Positions 21,555 to 33,910 of a DNA stretch of 52,806 nt are shown here, one piece after another. The first letter of the stretch is position 1, and the number at the start of each line of letters is the position of its first letter. The notes under the pieces are model-generated. The model saw only the letters and a program-made list of their open reading frames with translations. It ran no database searches and was not told where the DNA came from. This stretch comes from Fonticula alba ATCC 38817. Lineage: Eukaryota > Protista > Nucleariida. Made by a program: the position numbers and the translations under genes. The stretch lies in assembly GCA_000388065.2 (NCBI GenBank), contig KB932206.1, one strand, 5' to 3'.

Positions 21555-23639
21555 ATGTTGGCTTCAAGGGCAACCGGGCGAGCTCTGCGCGCGTGGGGCT
21601 CGCCGGCACTGGCGGCGGCGGCGGCCCGGTGGGGCTGGCCTCTGCCCAGGCGCGACACGCCGGCCCCCGGGGGCCCGGCAGCCCCGGCGTCCGGGCCCAT
21701 GGCAGCCCCGGCCATGGGCATGGGGCGTCCGTGCGTGCGGGGGTTCTCCTCGGCCGGGGCGGCGCCTGGCCCGGGCGATGGCCCGTGCGCCGGGGAGCGC
21801 CTCTGCCGGGCCATCGAGGCCGGGAGGGAGCCCCTGCCGCAGGGGTTCGATGATGTGGCCCACTTCCGGCTGTTCTTGCGGCTGGTGGGAGATCCGCGGG
21901 AGGGTCGCCCGCTGGCGCCCTTGGGCACGCTGGGCCGGCTGCTGGGCATGGACCGGTCATCGGTGCAGGCGCTGCTGAGCCAGTATGGCCGGGAGTTTGG
22001 CATTGCGCCGGCCAAGCGGCCGCTGTCCCTCTTCCCGGAGCAGGTGGTGGGCCCGGGGGATCCGATCTTCGAGGATATGATGGGGCTGATTCGGCGGGAC
22101 CCGCCGGTGCTGGGGGCCGCCCTGTCGCGGCTGCTGTGCCTGCTGCCGAGGCAGGTGGAGGGCCTGCTGGCGGAGCATGCGGCGGAGATCCTGGACGAGG
22201 CGGAGCGCGACCAGGGGGTGTGCATTCGCCGGCTGGGCCACCTGGTGACCGTGGCGCCGCCCCTGTCGAAGCAAACCATGGCCACGCTCCTTTCGACCAG
22301 CCTGCTGCAACTGACGGCGGCCATGAGAAGGCACTTCCCGGAGCATGGGGTGATGGTGGTGCCGAAGGCGTCGCCGGCCAAGCTGGAGGCCCTGCGGGCC
22401 GTCCTGGCCGACAGGACACGGGTGCCGGTCCCGCGGCTGGCGGAGATCTGCACGCTGGCGGACGTGTGCATATCCACCGTCGCGACGCACGGGCCGACCC
22501 TGTGCCCGGAGTATGTGGTCCGTCTGCGGGGCGAGCTGTCGCCGAAGAAGGTGGCCCGCTTGCGGGCACTGCTGCGAGAGCAATGCCACAGCATCAGGGC
22601 CATGAGCAGGGATTTGGGGCAGCCGGCGCGGTATCTTCGCTGGTACATCAAGTACTATGAGCCGGGGGTGGTGTTGCCTGCGGGCAATGACCAGCCGGTG
22701 TATGTGCTGGCGCTGCCGGACAGCTCGACCCGGCTGACGCTGGCCGAGTATATGCGGCGGTTTTTGCCGGCCGCCTCGCCGCTGCACGGGACCCGGGATG
22801 AGGACATCCCGGCCCGAGCGGCCAATTGGATGCCCGGGACCGTGGCCGATGACGGCGCGTCGGAGTCGGACGCCGAGGCGCCGGCGGCCCCGGGCCCGGA
22901 GCCGGGCCCGGGGCCGCCGGCGCGGATGTCGGTGCAGGAGCGGAACCAGGCGCTGGAGGTCCGGCTGCAAGGGCTGTGCGGGCTGCGGCCGGCGCTGTCG
23001 CCGGCGGAGGTGCTGGAGCAGATGGGCATCCCTTGGGTGCACATTGACAGGGCGCTGGCCTCCTTCGAGTGGCCGAAGGACCTCTGGGATGCCCGTCGGC
23101 GGTTGGCCAGCCGGGCGCCCTCGGACGAGGGGATCCGGCGGCTGCGGCAGCTGGCGAGCCAGGTGCACCCGTCGGGCCGGCGCATGCGCCATACGGTGCG
23201 GGAATTGGCCGCCGAGCTGGGCCAGGAGCCGGATGTGGTGTTCACCATGCTGCACCAGTATGCGCCGGAGTACTTCTTCCTGGCGGTGGCGCCGGAGGCC
23301 AAGTCCGGCCTGGGGGGGATCTACGTGCCGGAGGAGAAGCTGGCCGACCTGCTGGCGGCGGTGCATGGCCGGCACCCGGCGCCGGTGCTGCACCAGGTGG
23401 CGGCGGATCTGGGCTGCACCCTGCCGCAGGTGGTGAACTCGCTGCGGGCGGACGCCTTTCAGCGGGGCATCCAATTCAAGGCGCCAAGCTACGCGCGGCA
23501 CCTGGCTTCGCGGACCTTTCAGGTGGAGCAGGTGCTGGCCCTGTACCCCGGCATGCAGGCTGCCCACATGTGTTCCATGTTCAGGGATCTGCTCCCCCAC
23601 CACTTCTACCGGTGCCAGCGCTACATCGTGTCCCAGTGA
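21555..23639 (+). CDS. Orphan ~694-aa protein with a putative mitochondrial presequence and about 8 repeated HTH-like units
   Basis: Continuous ORF from ATG 21555 to TGA 23639 with protein-like composition and strong GC3 bias. Arg/Ala-rich, nearly acid-free N-terminus ending ...CVRGFSS. Repeated motifs such as TVRELAAELGQEPDVVFTML and VLHQVAADLGCTLPQVVNSL. Confidence 0.85.
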   Translation: MLASRATGRALRAWGSPALAAAAARWGWPLPRRDTPAPGGPAAPASGPMAAPAMGMGRPCVRGFSSAGAAPGPGDGPCAGERLCRAIEAGREPLPQGFDDVAHFRLFLRLVGDPREGRPLAPLGTLGRLLGMDRSSVQALLSQYGREFGIAPAKRPLSLFPEQVVGPGDPIFEDMMGLIRRDPPVLGAALSRLLCLLPRQVEGLLAEHAAEILDEAERDQGVCIRRLGHLVTVAPPLSKQTMATLLSTSLLQLTAAMRRHFPEHGVMVVPKASPAKLEALRAVLADRTRVPVPRLAEICTLADVCISTVATHGPTLCPEYVVRLRGELSPKKVARLRALLREQCHSIRAMSRDLGQPARYLRWYIKYYEPGVVLPAGNDQPVYVLALPDSSTRLTLAEYMRRFLPAASPLHGTRDEDIPARAANWMPGTVADDGASESDAEAPAAPGPEPGPGPPARMSVQERNQALEVRLQGLCGLRPALSPAEVLEQMGIPWVHIDRALASFEWPKDLWDARRRLASRAPSDEGIRRLRQLASQVHPSGRRMRHTVRELAAELGQEPDVVFTMLHQYAPEYFFLAVAPEAKSGLGGIYVPEEKLADLLAAVHGRHPAPVLHQVAADLGCTLPQVVNSLRADAFQRGIQFKAPSYARHLASRTFQVEQVLALYPGMQAAHMCSMFRDLLPHHFYRCQRYIVSQ

Positions 23640-26600
23640 ATACACATACCCGCGCGGGGATGGGTGNNNNNNNNNNNNNNNNNNNNNNNNNNNNNNNNNN
23701 NNNNNNNNNNNNNNNNNNNNNNNNNNNNNNNNNNNNNNNNNNNNNNNNNNNNNNNNNNNNNNNNNNNNNNNNNNNNNNNNNNNNNNNNNNNNNNNNNNNN
23801 NNNNNNNNNNNNNNNNNNNNNNNNNNNNNNNNNNNNNNNNNNNNNNNNNNNNNNNNNNNNNNNNNNNNNNNNNNNNNNNNNNNNNNNNNNNNNNNNNNNN
23901 NNNNNNNNNNNNNNNNNNNNNNNNNNNNNNNNNNNNNNNNNNNNNNNNNNNNNNNNNNNNNNNNNNNNNNNNNNNNNNNNNNNNNNNNNNNNNNNNNNNN
24001 NNNNNNNNNNNNNNNNNNNNNNNNNNNNNNNNNNNNNNNNNNNNNNNNNNNNNNNNNNNNNNNNNNNNNNNNNNNNNNNNNNNNNNNNNNNNNNNNNNNN
24101 NNNNNNNNNNNNNNNNNNNNNNNNNNNNNNNNNNNNNNNNNNNNNNNNNNNNNNNNNNNNNNNNNNNNNNNNNNNNNNNNNNNNNNNNNNNNNNNNNNNN
24201 NTGGGCATGGCAATGGGGGTGTCGGGAGCCGGCGCCGGTGCGGCCGGCGCAGGGGCATGCGGCTGGCCGGTGCAGGGGTGTGCGCATGAGCGCCACTACC
24301 GGGACACCGGTGCAGTCCGGCACCGGCAGGGGCAGACGGATCGGCCCGTGGCCATCGGCTAAGGGGGTGCACCTCCCACGGGGGGGACTGTTGCCCGGCG
24401 GGGACGCGCGGCTGTGGTGGCTGCGAGAGGGCCCGCGTGGCGGTGGCCACGTTGTTTACTTGTCCCCCCCACTGATGTAGGCCGTGCCCACCGATCTCCC
24501 GTGGGGATCGTGCCGGCGGGGGCCATCTCGGCCGTGCGCAGGAGTGTCTTTTTTTGTCTCTCCCGACCATGCGCGCGCCCCGCGGCAGTGGTGGCTGTGC
24601 GTGTGGGCGCGGCCGCGGGGGTGTGGCAGGCGGCGAGGCACCCTGCGCCCGGAGCATGTGGCCCCTCGGGGCGTGGCTCTCGCGGCCGGCCGGGCTGGCC
24701 CTGTCTTTGTCGTTGTGCTTGGGTCTTGCCAGCGGGGCGCGCATGGCGCCGTTGCCGTGGGGGATGCGCGAGGCGCCTGGAGGGGGAGGGGCTTCGAAGC
24801 AGGGACACTGCCAAGGTCGGAAGAGGCAAGGGAGAGCCGAGCGGGCGGAGGCGAGGGACGCATCGAGCGGATGCCGGAGGCCCTCCGCTGGCGAGAGGGG
24901 CCGTCGATGTGCGCGCCGGGGGCCACAGGCGTCGAGGGCACCTGGCATCACCACCACCACCACCACCGCTCGGGGGAGTCGACGCCGGGCTGGCTGGCGT
25001 GCCCGATGGTGTGGGGCATTTCCGTATCGGTGACTGGACTGCCCCAAGCACGGCAGGGGAAAGTCCCGCCATCACCGCGGGGGATGGTGTTCCTGCGCCT
25101 TCGCCGGCGGGACACGGTGTGCGTGGGGTAAGCCGGTCGGGGTGCGGGCAGGCCAGACGCGCCAGCCTGGCCGGTCGAGCGCCGCGGCCATGACGATCGC
25201 CCTCCGCGCTCGCATAGCCAGTCGGCACGGCGCATGGAGCCCCTGTGTGACTGGGGGGGGTGGGGGTGCTGGCGGGCGGCTCGGTGCGGTGGACACCGCC
25301 GAAGCCCACGGCAGGGCGGGGTGGGGACCCTTGCGCGGCCATGTGCTCGAGGCGGGGGCAGGGCCTTTCGGCTGCGGGCGAGGGCACCGAGCAGATGGCC
25401 CCAGGGATGGCCTCTCAGGCCCTGTGCGTGAAAAGGCCCGCGGGGGATGGCCAAGTTGTGTGTGTGTGTGTGTGTGCTCTGCGCGGCCGCCAGCCGGGCG
25501 GCTGCCGGTGGCCGTCGCAGGCGTCCTCGGTCTTCGGAGGCCGTCAGCCCCCCATATCACCGGGCTTCGCCGGGGGCCGACTGCCGGGCGCCGGGCGGGC
25601 CGATGGGTGGCGGCGCATGGCGGCGTGCGGCTCGGCTCGCTCGACGCACTCACGCCACTCGGCCCCGTTGCGGCCGCCGGGGCAGGTCACAGGACGCGAG
25701 TACCGTGCGGCGTGCCAGGCGGAGGGGGCGAGGTGGAGGGCATTGCCTTAAAGCGCCCGGGGGACTGCCGGTTGGAGTATTCTTCCCGGGCGGTGGGGCA
25801 TCCTGGCCCGGGGGCCTGCCGCCGATCGCAGGGTCCATTACGATGGCGCGACGCGGGGCAGCCCGGAGGAGGCCATCGGGAGAGAAGAAAAAAAGGCAAA
25901 ACCGGCCTGCGGGATTGCGGCACACGTCGCCGGTGGCACGGGCGTCGGGGCGCCCGGGGGGACAGGTGAACCAAGCGTACGGAGCATGGGAGGCACCCCG
26001 CCGACGGCCGGTCCCCACTGGGACCATGTCCCCCGGGGCGTGCTTGCACATCCGCCGGCCGTTTGTTCGATCGCGCGCAGGGGCTGTGTCGCCATTTCCG
26101 GGCGGCCCCGGGATGCGGTGGACAGTCGGTGTCTTGCCTGCCGCCGGCGGTCCGGCCAGGCGGGGCGCCTTTGGACGAGCCGGGCCCCGGGCAGCGGCGG
26201 CATACGGCCCGGCAGTGTGGCTGCACGATGCGTCCCCTCGGCCGGCGTGGCGGCGTGGCTCGATGAAGGGGGGGTCTGGCGCGATGGCAAGCACCCGCTC
26301 GACAGATCCGACCGTGATCCGGGGGCGGAGCGATCGTGATGGGCAAGGCTTGGGGGGCTTTCGCCGTCTGAATGGCAGCCAGGCCGTGGGCAGGCAGCGG
26401 ACAGCGGAGGCACCGCTGTGCGGCACCAGCCCCGGGCGGGCGGGCGGGCGAGGGCAGCGCGGTTATCCGAGTCAGGAGGGAGGGGGGAGCATCGGGAGAT
26501 CCCGAACGGAGGCAGGGGCTGCCCGTGGGAGGGACAGGCACACAGGGATGTGGCTTTTTCCTTGGGCCCTTCGCCAGTGGGCCTGGCCTGGCGGGCCGCC

Positions 26601-28990
26601 GGCCTGCTGGCACCGACGCCACCGCCGGTGCGAGTGCCGGCCTGCCGCACTGGGGCGTGGGCACATGCTATCCCCGGGGCATGCCCCGGGCGGCGGTGCG
26701 GGGTAATGCGTCCGGGTGGGCCGGGCCCCGGCGCGCCGCCCCGCTTGCCGGGGTGGGCATGGGGGGGGACGGGGGGCGGCTTGCGGGGTCCCCCGGGGAT
26801 GGGTGGCGAGCCGGGAGAATGGCGCCGGCGGGAATGCGACAGTGCAAGCAAAAGCGTTCGGCCGCGGCGCCGGGACGGCAAGGGGGAAGGCGCGCGAGAA
26901 TGCGCGGGGCGCTGCCTTCCGGAGAAGGTGGCCCCGATGAGGGACGCGCCGAACATTGCGGGCCTCCGTGCCGGAGCGGCCGAGGCCATGGCGAAGCCTG
27001 TGTGTGTGTATGGGCGTTTCTGTGCGTACGCATGCATACATGTGTATGTGTATATAGCACGCCCCGGCGCCTGGCGGAGGACGTTGGGGCACCGCTTTCG
27101 GCCTTGGAGGCGATGGCGCTGATGCAGGCGCCGGGCGGCGCTCGGGGCAGGCTCCCGGTCTCGTCCACTGCGGCGGGCGGGTGCGTTGCGCGGGCTTCGC
27201 GCTGCGGGTGCGACCGAGAGGTCCCCCGGCACCGGAGATGCCCCCGCTCCCACCGGGCCATGGGCTGACGCTTGTAGGTGTGTCCAAAGTCCGACCGGAG
27301 GGCCCCTAGGGGCCGGGCGCCGGCATGCCTCGGGATGCATGCACCCTGCTCGCTCGGTGTGGCTGCCCTGCCTGCCTGGGGGGTACCCCTGGGAGGCGGC
27401 GCCCCGTATGGCATGATGGGCAGAGCGGCCACACGGAGCGAGCAGGAGGGTGGGGGATGTGGCTATTGCAGGCTCTGGGCGCTGGCAAGTGGCCCTTCGG
27501 GACCAGCATAGCGCCCTGGGGGGCGAGCGCGTCCCGGAGGGGGGCGGCACCGGGCGGGCAGGCGAACGACCGACAGACACCGGGCAGGGGGCGAGGCCCG
27601 GCGCGCATCAAGCGAGTGACCATCCTCCCCGGTGCCGGCGCCCGGGAGGGGGGAGGGGGCAGAGAAGAAAGCGCCCGGCTCGGGGGCACCCAGGGGAGAG
27701 GAGGTGCGCGGAGGAGGTCCACAAGAGAGGAGCTACACGGGGGAAAGCAAAAAGGAGGGTGCCGGGTGGAGGGCGCCCCGTGTGGACACACAGGCAATCA
27801 CCTCGCTGGAAGATCATCGGAAGGGACGGGCCCCTCGCGGGCGGCGAAGCGGCGGCAGAGCCGATCGAGGCCCCGGGGCGGGGGGGGGAGGTGGCCAGCG
27901 CGAGTTCCCACCGGGCGGGGCCCGGCGCAACCAGGCCCACCGGCGCGCGGCGGTCTCTCGTCGACGAGCCTGCCAAGTGGGCCAATCTGGAGGAGCGCCA
28001 GGGGGAACTGCCGGTGCATGTGGCATGTGCCTCGCCCGCGGGCGGGCGCCATGCGCGCCTGCCGGGGTGTCCCGCCTGGCGCGTGGGGGAGGGGGCCGGG
28101 GGGGGGGGCTCGCGCAAAGGCCAGGGAGGATGCTGGTGCCGACGCCCGTGAGGCAGCCGCCCGCCTGTCGCCCGTTGCACAGCCCTGCCCGGCGGAGGTG
28201 GCACTCGCCCATGTTGCCGGGGGGGGGGGGGGGGGGTGTACTTCGGGCCGGTGAGGCGCTTGAATGTGCTGCCGGTGGACGTCGGCCCTGGGGCACGGCA
28301 AATGCACGTCCTCGCGTGGGGCACCTTGCGTGGCTCCGGTTCGGGCGCGCCGCCAGTGCAACAGGCACGGGGCACCCCCGCCGCCCGTCGAATGTGACCG
28401 CGGGCAGGCCTGCACGGCCCCCGGGCAGCCGCATCCCAAGAGGCGCATGCGATCAGCAGGCGGGAGGGTCCACCCGCTGCAGCGGCGGGCACCCATCATG
28501 TCGCCCGGCAGCCTTCATGCGGGGGGCCGTGGCAGCCGCCTGGGCACAAGTGAAGACACCGAAGAGGGACTTGATACCGGACGGGCGCGAGACGCTGGAG
28601 CCACGCTCGGGGCCGTGCGAGGGGCAGATGGGACTTTCGGAGGCCAGGCGTCGGGGGGGGGGGGGCCGGCTCGGCGATGCCTGCTCGGGCTGGGCATCCG
28701 CCGCCGGGGCCTCCGACGCCCGGGGTTCCCCGGCGGCCGAGATCCATGGACGTCGGGCAGAGTGTGGGCATCCGGCGGGGCCAGGGATCCTCGGGGCTCC
28801 GGGCGATCAAGCGGCCGGCCGGGTGGGCCGATGCGGGCTTCCTCCTGCACGGGTGTGGCTAGTCCTTGTGACATGGCACGTGTGGGTGCGTTGCGCGCCG
28901 GGCCGACGCCGGCCCCACGAGTTGGGGGGGGGGGNNNNNNNNNNNNNNNNNNNNNNNNNNNNNNNNNNNNNNNNNNNNNNNNNNNNNNNN

Positions 28991-29024
28991 TTCTTGGACA
29001 GTGAGGAGGTCATACTGGTATAGA
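28991..29024. repeat. 34-bp direct repeat, copy 1 (abuts an N gap)
   Basis: TTCTTGGACAGTGAGGAGGTCATACTGGTATAGA is identical to 32888-32921. Confidence 0.9.
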
Positions 29025-30533
29025 GGGGCAACGAGACAGCCGGCCTTACAAGAAGGGAGGGTGGCTCGCGGGCCAGACAGCAGCGAGGCGACACGGACAC
29101 ATGGCAAAGGTCGCGGCTGGTCTCGGAGCCCCGTGGCTCATCCGAACAGCGGCCAGGCTCGCAGGCGCATGGGGCGTGGCTGGCTGGGGCCGGCCGGCGG
29201 CCGCCGTGCAGATGGGCAAAAGCGCCGCCGGACCACGGCATCTCGGGCCACGAGCCAGCACCTGCGGCCCGTGTGCCAGGGAGTACGTGCTGCTCGGTGG
29301 GTGGATGACGTCCGCCGCACAGAGGCTCCGCATATTTTCGGGAGAGAGGAGTCTCGGGCCAGGCCGGCCGAAAGGCGCGGACGCGGGGAGCCATGGGCAA
29401 TGGGCGACTAGGGGAGTTGGGCAGCATGAGAGGCCTTGGAACTGCATGGCCAGGCGGAATGCCTGGCACAGCCACCGCAGCGTGCTCCCTGGAGGAGGCC
29501 GGGGCCTGCCCTCGCGAACCATGTGGGAGGGGGGGCTCGCTCTCTCGGGCGCGGTGGGTTCCTGACGCCGCGGCGAAAAGTCAGCTTGAAAAAGAAAACA
29601 CGGCCGAAGGAGTTGCCTGAGTGCCGGAACAACGCTCCGGATGGACCCCGCGGTGGTGGGCAACCGGGGTGCACCATTCGCCCGTCCGCTGGGAGCTCCC
29701 CGCGCAATGGCGACGGTCGGGGGCCACTTGGAGGGGGCCGGACCGTGGAACCGAAGCATGAACATCGCCCGGGGGGCGTGTTTCCTGGCGAAGGGCCTTG
29801 CAGTGGCTGGTACGTCCTGGGTCCGGGGAGACTGGGCACGGGGCGCATTTTTCGAGCACCCCCCTCCCCTCAGGGTCGGATACCAGTAGACGGGGTCAAC
29901 GAGACAGCCTGGCCGCTGGGCTCAAAGGTAGTTCGTCGTGAGGTCGGGCCGGGAGGGAGGCGGATTGGCAGGAAATGAGCATGCCGGACGAGGGGACGGC
30001 AAGGGGGCTTTCGGGCCCGTAGGGAGGCCCCCCGGTGGTGGCCGCCGGCATTGNNNNNNNNNNNNNNNNNNNNNNNNNNNNNNNNNNNNNNNNNNNNNNN
30101 NNNNNNNNNNNNNNNNNNNNNNNNNNNNNNNNNNNNNNNNNNNNNNNNNNNNNNNNNNNNNNNNNNNNNNNNNNNNNNNNNNNNNNNNNNNNNNNNNNNN
30201 NNNNNNNNNNNNNNNNNNNNNNNNNNNNNNNNNNNNNNNNNNNNNNNNNNNNNNNNNNNNNNNNNNNNNNNNNNNNNNNNNNNNNNNNNNNNNNNNNNNN
30301 NNNNNNNNNNNNNNNNNNNNNNNNNNNNNNNNNNNNNNNNNNNNNNNNNNNNNNNNNNNNNNNNNNNNNNNNNNNNNNNNNNNNNNNNNNNNNNNNNNNN
30401 NNNNNNNNNNNNNNNNNNNNNNNNNNNNNNNNNNNNNNNNNNNNNNNNNNNNNNNNNNNNNNNNNNNNNNNNNNNNNNNNNNNNNNNNNNNNNNNNNNNN
30501 NNNNNNNNNNNNNNNNNNNNNNNNNNNNNNNNN

Positions 30534-31675
30534 AACACCAGCCGAGGGCACATTTCGTTAGGGACAACCACACCACGGTGGCAGCACTACAGGAGCCATT
30601 TCTTCCGTCGGATGTCAGTGGACAAGTGCTGGTCGGAGATGGCCAGCCGGGTGTCACACGAGTGGCTGGTAGTGGCAGGGCTCTCCCGGACCCAGTCGTG
30701 TGCCAAAGAGACAAAGCTTCGACGAAGGTGCATCCCGGATAATTGCCATTGGAAAGAGGGTACTCCGGCCATGAAGAACCAGCCTCCCGAGCCAGAGAAT
30801 ATGCTGCCGCGCGTTTCCACAGGAGTCTGTAACTTGGCTCGAAGGGAGTTTGCGGCAGGCAAACATGGCAAGAACTTTGAAAATAAAGAGGGGTTCCAGG
30901 GAGAACCTGAGAACAGGTATCCACAAACTTGACTGGTACTCCAACAAAACAATGGCATACGCTTCCACACGCGGCTACAAGGGCCTTCACTCACCAGAGG
31001 CTCCCACGAAGGAGTTTTCACTTTCGGGCAAGATCAAGGGGTAGATTTGCGAACCAGACGACTGGGCCCTTCCACTCGTTTATCAACGTCGAGAGTGTAG
31101 ACCGCTCGATCCTGGCAGCTGAGTGGGTTGATGTCTCCGCTGGGGCTCATGACGATATAAACATCATTCAAGTATTGACCGCCTCACGGGTTCTGTCTCT
31201 GCGGCCTGTGACTCATGTAGTGACTCCATTTATCGGTTAGCTGGGGTCTTCGCCGTGTGGGTGCAACCACAGACGTTGTTTGGACATTTGGAGCGACCAT
31301 TTCATTGTAGTAAGGAGTCTTCTCGGGGAAGCCATCGGGCAGGCGATTACCTGCCAAGGCTTGCAGTCACAGGCGAACGGCCCCCATGGGCTTTGTGGAA
31401 CATTGGATGCAAGTGTGAGAATGTATCATGTAGATAATAAGGGGTATTTTGCTGTCGGTTTACTGAGAGACTGCTCCTGTATTTTTGCCCTGGATGACGG
31501 CCAACAGAGCTATTCGCTGCCTAGCTTGGCGGCTAATGCCAATCTTCGGATGAACTGGCCAGGGTGCTCAACGCGGGGTGGCTCACTGGTGCATTGGGTG
31601 GGCATGTTTACCTTCCTGGTGCCCGACCTTCCGCGAATTGTGCTGATCGTATTTCTTACCTGGATGAATACTTGA
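30534..31675 (+). pseudogene. WD40/beta-propeller-like remnant (frameshifted, or spliced in a way I cannot resolve)
   Basis: Collinear plus-strand motifs in different frames: GQVLVGDGQPG, VSAGAHDDINIIQV, LCGTLDASVRMYHV (31391-31432), YFAVGLLRDCSCIFALDDG (31445-31501), separated by stops. Confidence 0.5.
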
Positions 31676-32509
31676 GTGTTTACTGGGCCTGCGCGACTGA
31701 GCGCATGGGAATGGGATGCTGTTAGCACGTCTCTCGGGTCCCCTCCCCCCACGGCATGGGAGACGGGCGTCTGCGAGAGGAGGCATCTTCCCCTGGCAAC
31801 CTACTCTTATAGCTGAACGCACGGGGGGGGGGGGGGGGGGCTCTTACCCAGGTGGTTCTGCGCAGGGGGGCAGCTCGAAGAACAGTCATCTAGTTCGACG
31901 ACCCCCGTACTTTGCCCAACCAACGAGCAGTTGTAAGTGGGGGTATCCAGCGAAGAGGTGAATCTGCGTTGGGTGAGATGTACGCAACTCCGGCAAAAGT
32001 GTTGTAGCCCAATAAGTGCGATTCGACCTCATTCGGAGTCAATCCACCCGAGCCTAGGCAACTGCACAGACCCCTGAAGAGGGTCGGCTCTCTTTATTCC
32101 TCCCCATCTGCAGGGTGTAAAATGCGCGCGGGAGCCAGCACGTGGGAGGACTGCCCCTTGGCTAGAAATGCCCCTGGAAGGGGGCACTTACTTTGCTAGT
32201 GTGGAGTGCACGAACTTTCTCGCGAAAAAAGAAGCTCATGGGATAGTGCGGGTCCCTGAAGTCATGGCTAAGACGGCCCTGACCAAGGTCTGAATGAAGG
32301 CACAAGGCGATCTCTTCCTTGGCGGCATTCCGTCGTACTGCCTAGGTCCACGGTACGTCCGACCTGCGCTGCTCGAGTGGTTAACGCATCGAGTTGACAT
32401 GAGGAAAGAGTCCTTCTTCCACGTTTCATCGCTCTGTCTGGCCCCCTCTCCTTTTATCTTCTATTCTCCAGCCCTTTCGTCCACGCAACAGGCCAGACGC
32501 CTTCCTCCA

Positions 32510-32548
<39 letters not shown>

Positions 32549-32887
32549 TCACAGATGAGCCGCTTCATGGTCATAATCGCGAGCGCATACACCCGCATAA
32601 GCCTGGGCCCGGGATTTCAACCTCTTTGCGTAACCAAGAGTAGTCTCCTTCCTCAATTGTCCTGGCCTACTGGTGTACAGCCTTCCTTTTGGGGCAATCG
32701 CCTTCGGGCAATCAGCGCGACCAATGTTTATGAGCCCCGACCAATAGGAGTAGGGGTTAAGGAGTGAGGTCTAGGAAAGAGTCCATCTTGCTTCTAACCT
32801 AGCTGCGGCCTGGCGGGCTGTTCCTCTCCCACCGCTCCTATGAGTGCTCCTGGGGCCGGCTTTCCCATTTTACCATCTGCCACAATA

Positions 32888-32921
32888 TTCTTGGACAGTG
32901 AGGAGGTCATACTGGTATAGA
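32888..32921. repeat. 34-bp direct repeat, copy 2
   Basis: Identical to 28991-29024. Confidence 0.9.
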
Positions 32922-33910
32922 AGGAGGCCTGTCCATCTGGTCAAATAGATTTGCCATTGAAGGATGCTCGTGCAGCTTGTTCTAAAAGAAAAGGATCGAA
33001 GATCAATGGAAATGTCACAACGATCGGCTCTGGAGATGCTAGTTTACAGAAGAAGCGTTGTTATGTAGACGCCGATATCACCCAACGGGCGTCGCAACTG
33101 CAGATATGAGGCTCGGGTTTCACGATTTTGCTTCGCGGTAAGCACTATAACTACCATCTATCTATACGCAATCCCCATTACCCACCCTTGCACGGCCCCA
33201 ACGGTCCATCTCTTGCTTGAGAGAAAGACCCGAAGATGCGAGGCAAGGAAGTTATCGAGCGGCTGCTTCTCTTCCAAAGCGCATCCTCCTCTATCAAACT
33301 TGAGAAGAATCAGGATCTCCCTCCAAAGATAGCTCCCGCCCTCTTCCATTTCAATGCGTCTTCCGAGCCGTCTGGAAACAGAAGCCAGGGGGGGGCGGGG
33401 CGGGAACCGGAGCTTGAGAGGGCCAAAGTGAGTCCTGGTGATATTTTAGTTTTGCAGGGCGGAGAGTTGAGAGACGCAGCGAGGGGTAAAGCCTGTTAAG
33501 GGGGTAAATTGCTCGGCAGAGATGCAAGAGGGCGTGAAGTTGGGACAAGAGAAGTAGGGAGAAATATGTGTTATGCTTGTATGAGTGTCTTGTGTGGGGA
33601 GTCTTGCCGCGAAATTCGGTGTCTGTCGTCCGCGTCCGGGTCTCAAGAGTAATGCTGCTGTGTGGTGCAGGCGCTCGGCCGTCTGATATGGCCAAGAAGA
33701 CAGAGTCACAGTTAGCAATCGTGCTGAGTATCTCGTCCCCTACCCTTGACTGGTTGGATTCTCCTGTGCCCGAATGCACCTCCTACATGCTGTCCCGGAA
33801 TCAATTCGGCCCTTAAAATATCGTCGTGTTTTGGCGGGTGAGCCTGTGACCATCTCGGTTGGGCGGTAGGGGGGAAGGAGGGGAGAGCATTAAGGGCGGA
33901 TGGTAACACC

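Noticed and set aside
24948-24966. His6-encoding (CAC)n run
   Set aside because: A simple trinucleotide repeat in a non-coding-like context.
30570-31310. APE-type endonuclease of a LINE (VAALQEP ... WSDHF)
   Set aside because: No GDFN motif and no downstream RT; the same region is better explained by WD40-like motifs.
32888-32921. Minus-strand reading LYQYDLLTVQE of the 34-bp repeat as an endonuclease D-x-x-x-QE motif
   Set aside because: An in-frame stop follows within a few codons and no other endonuclease motifs follow.
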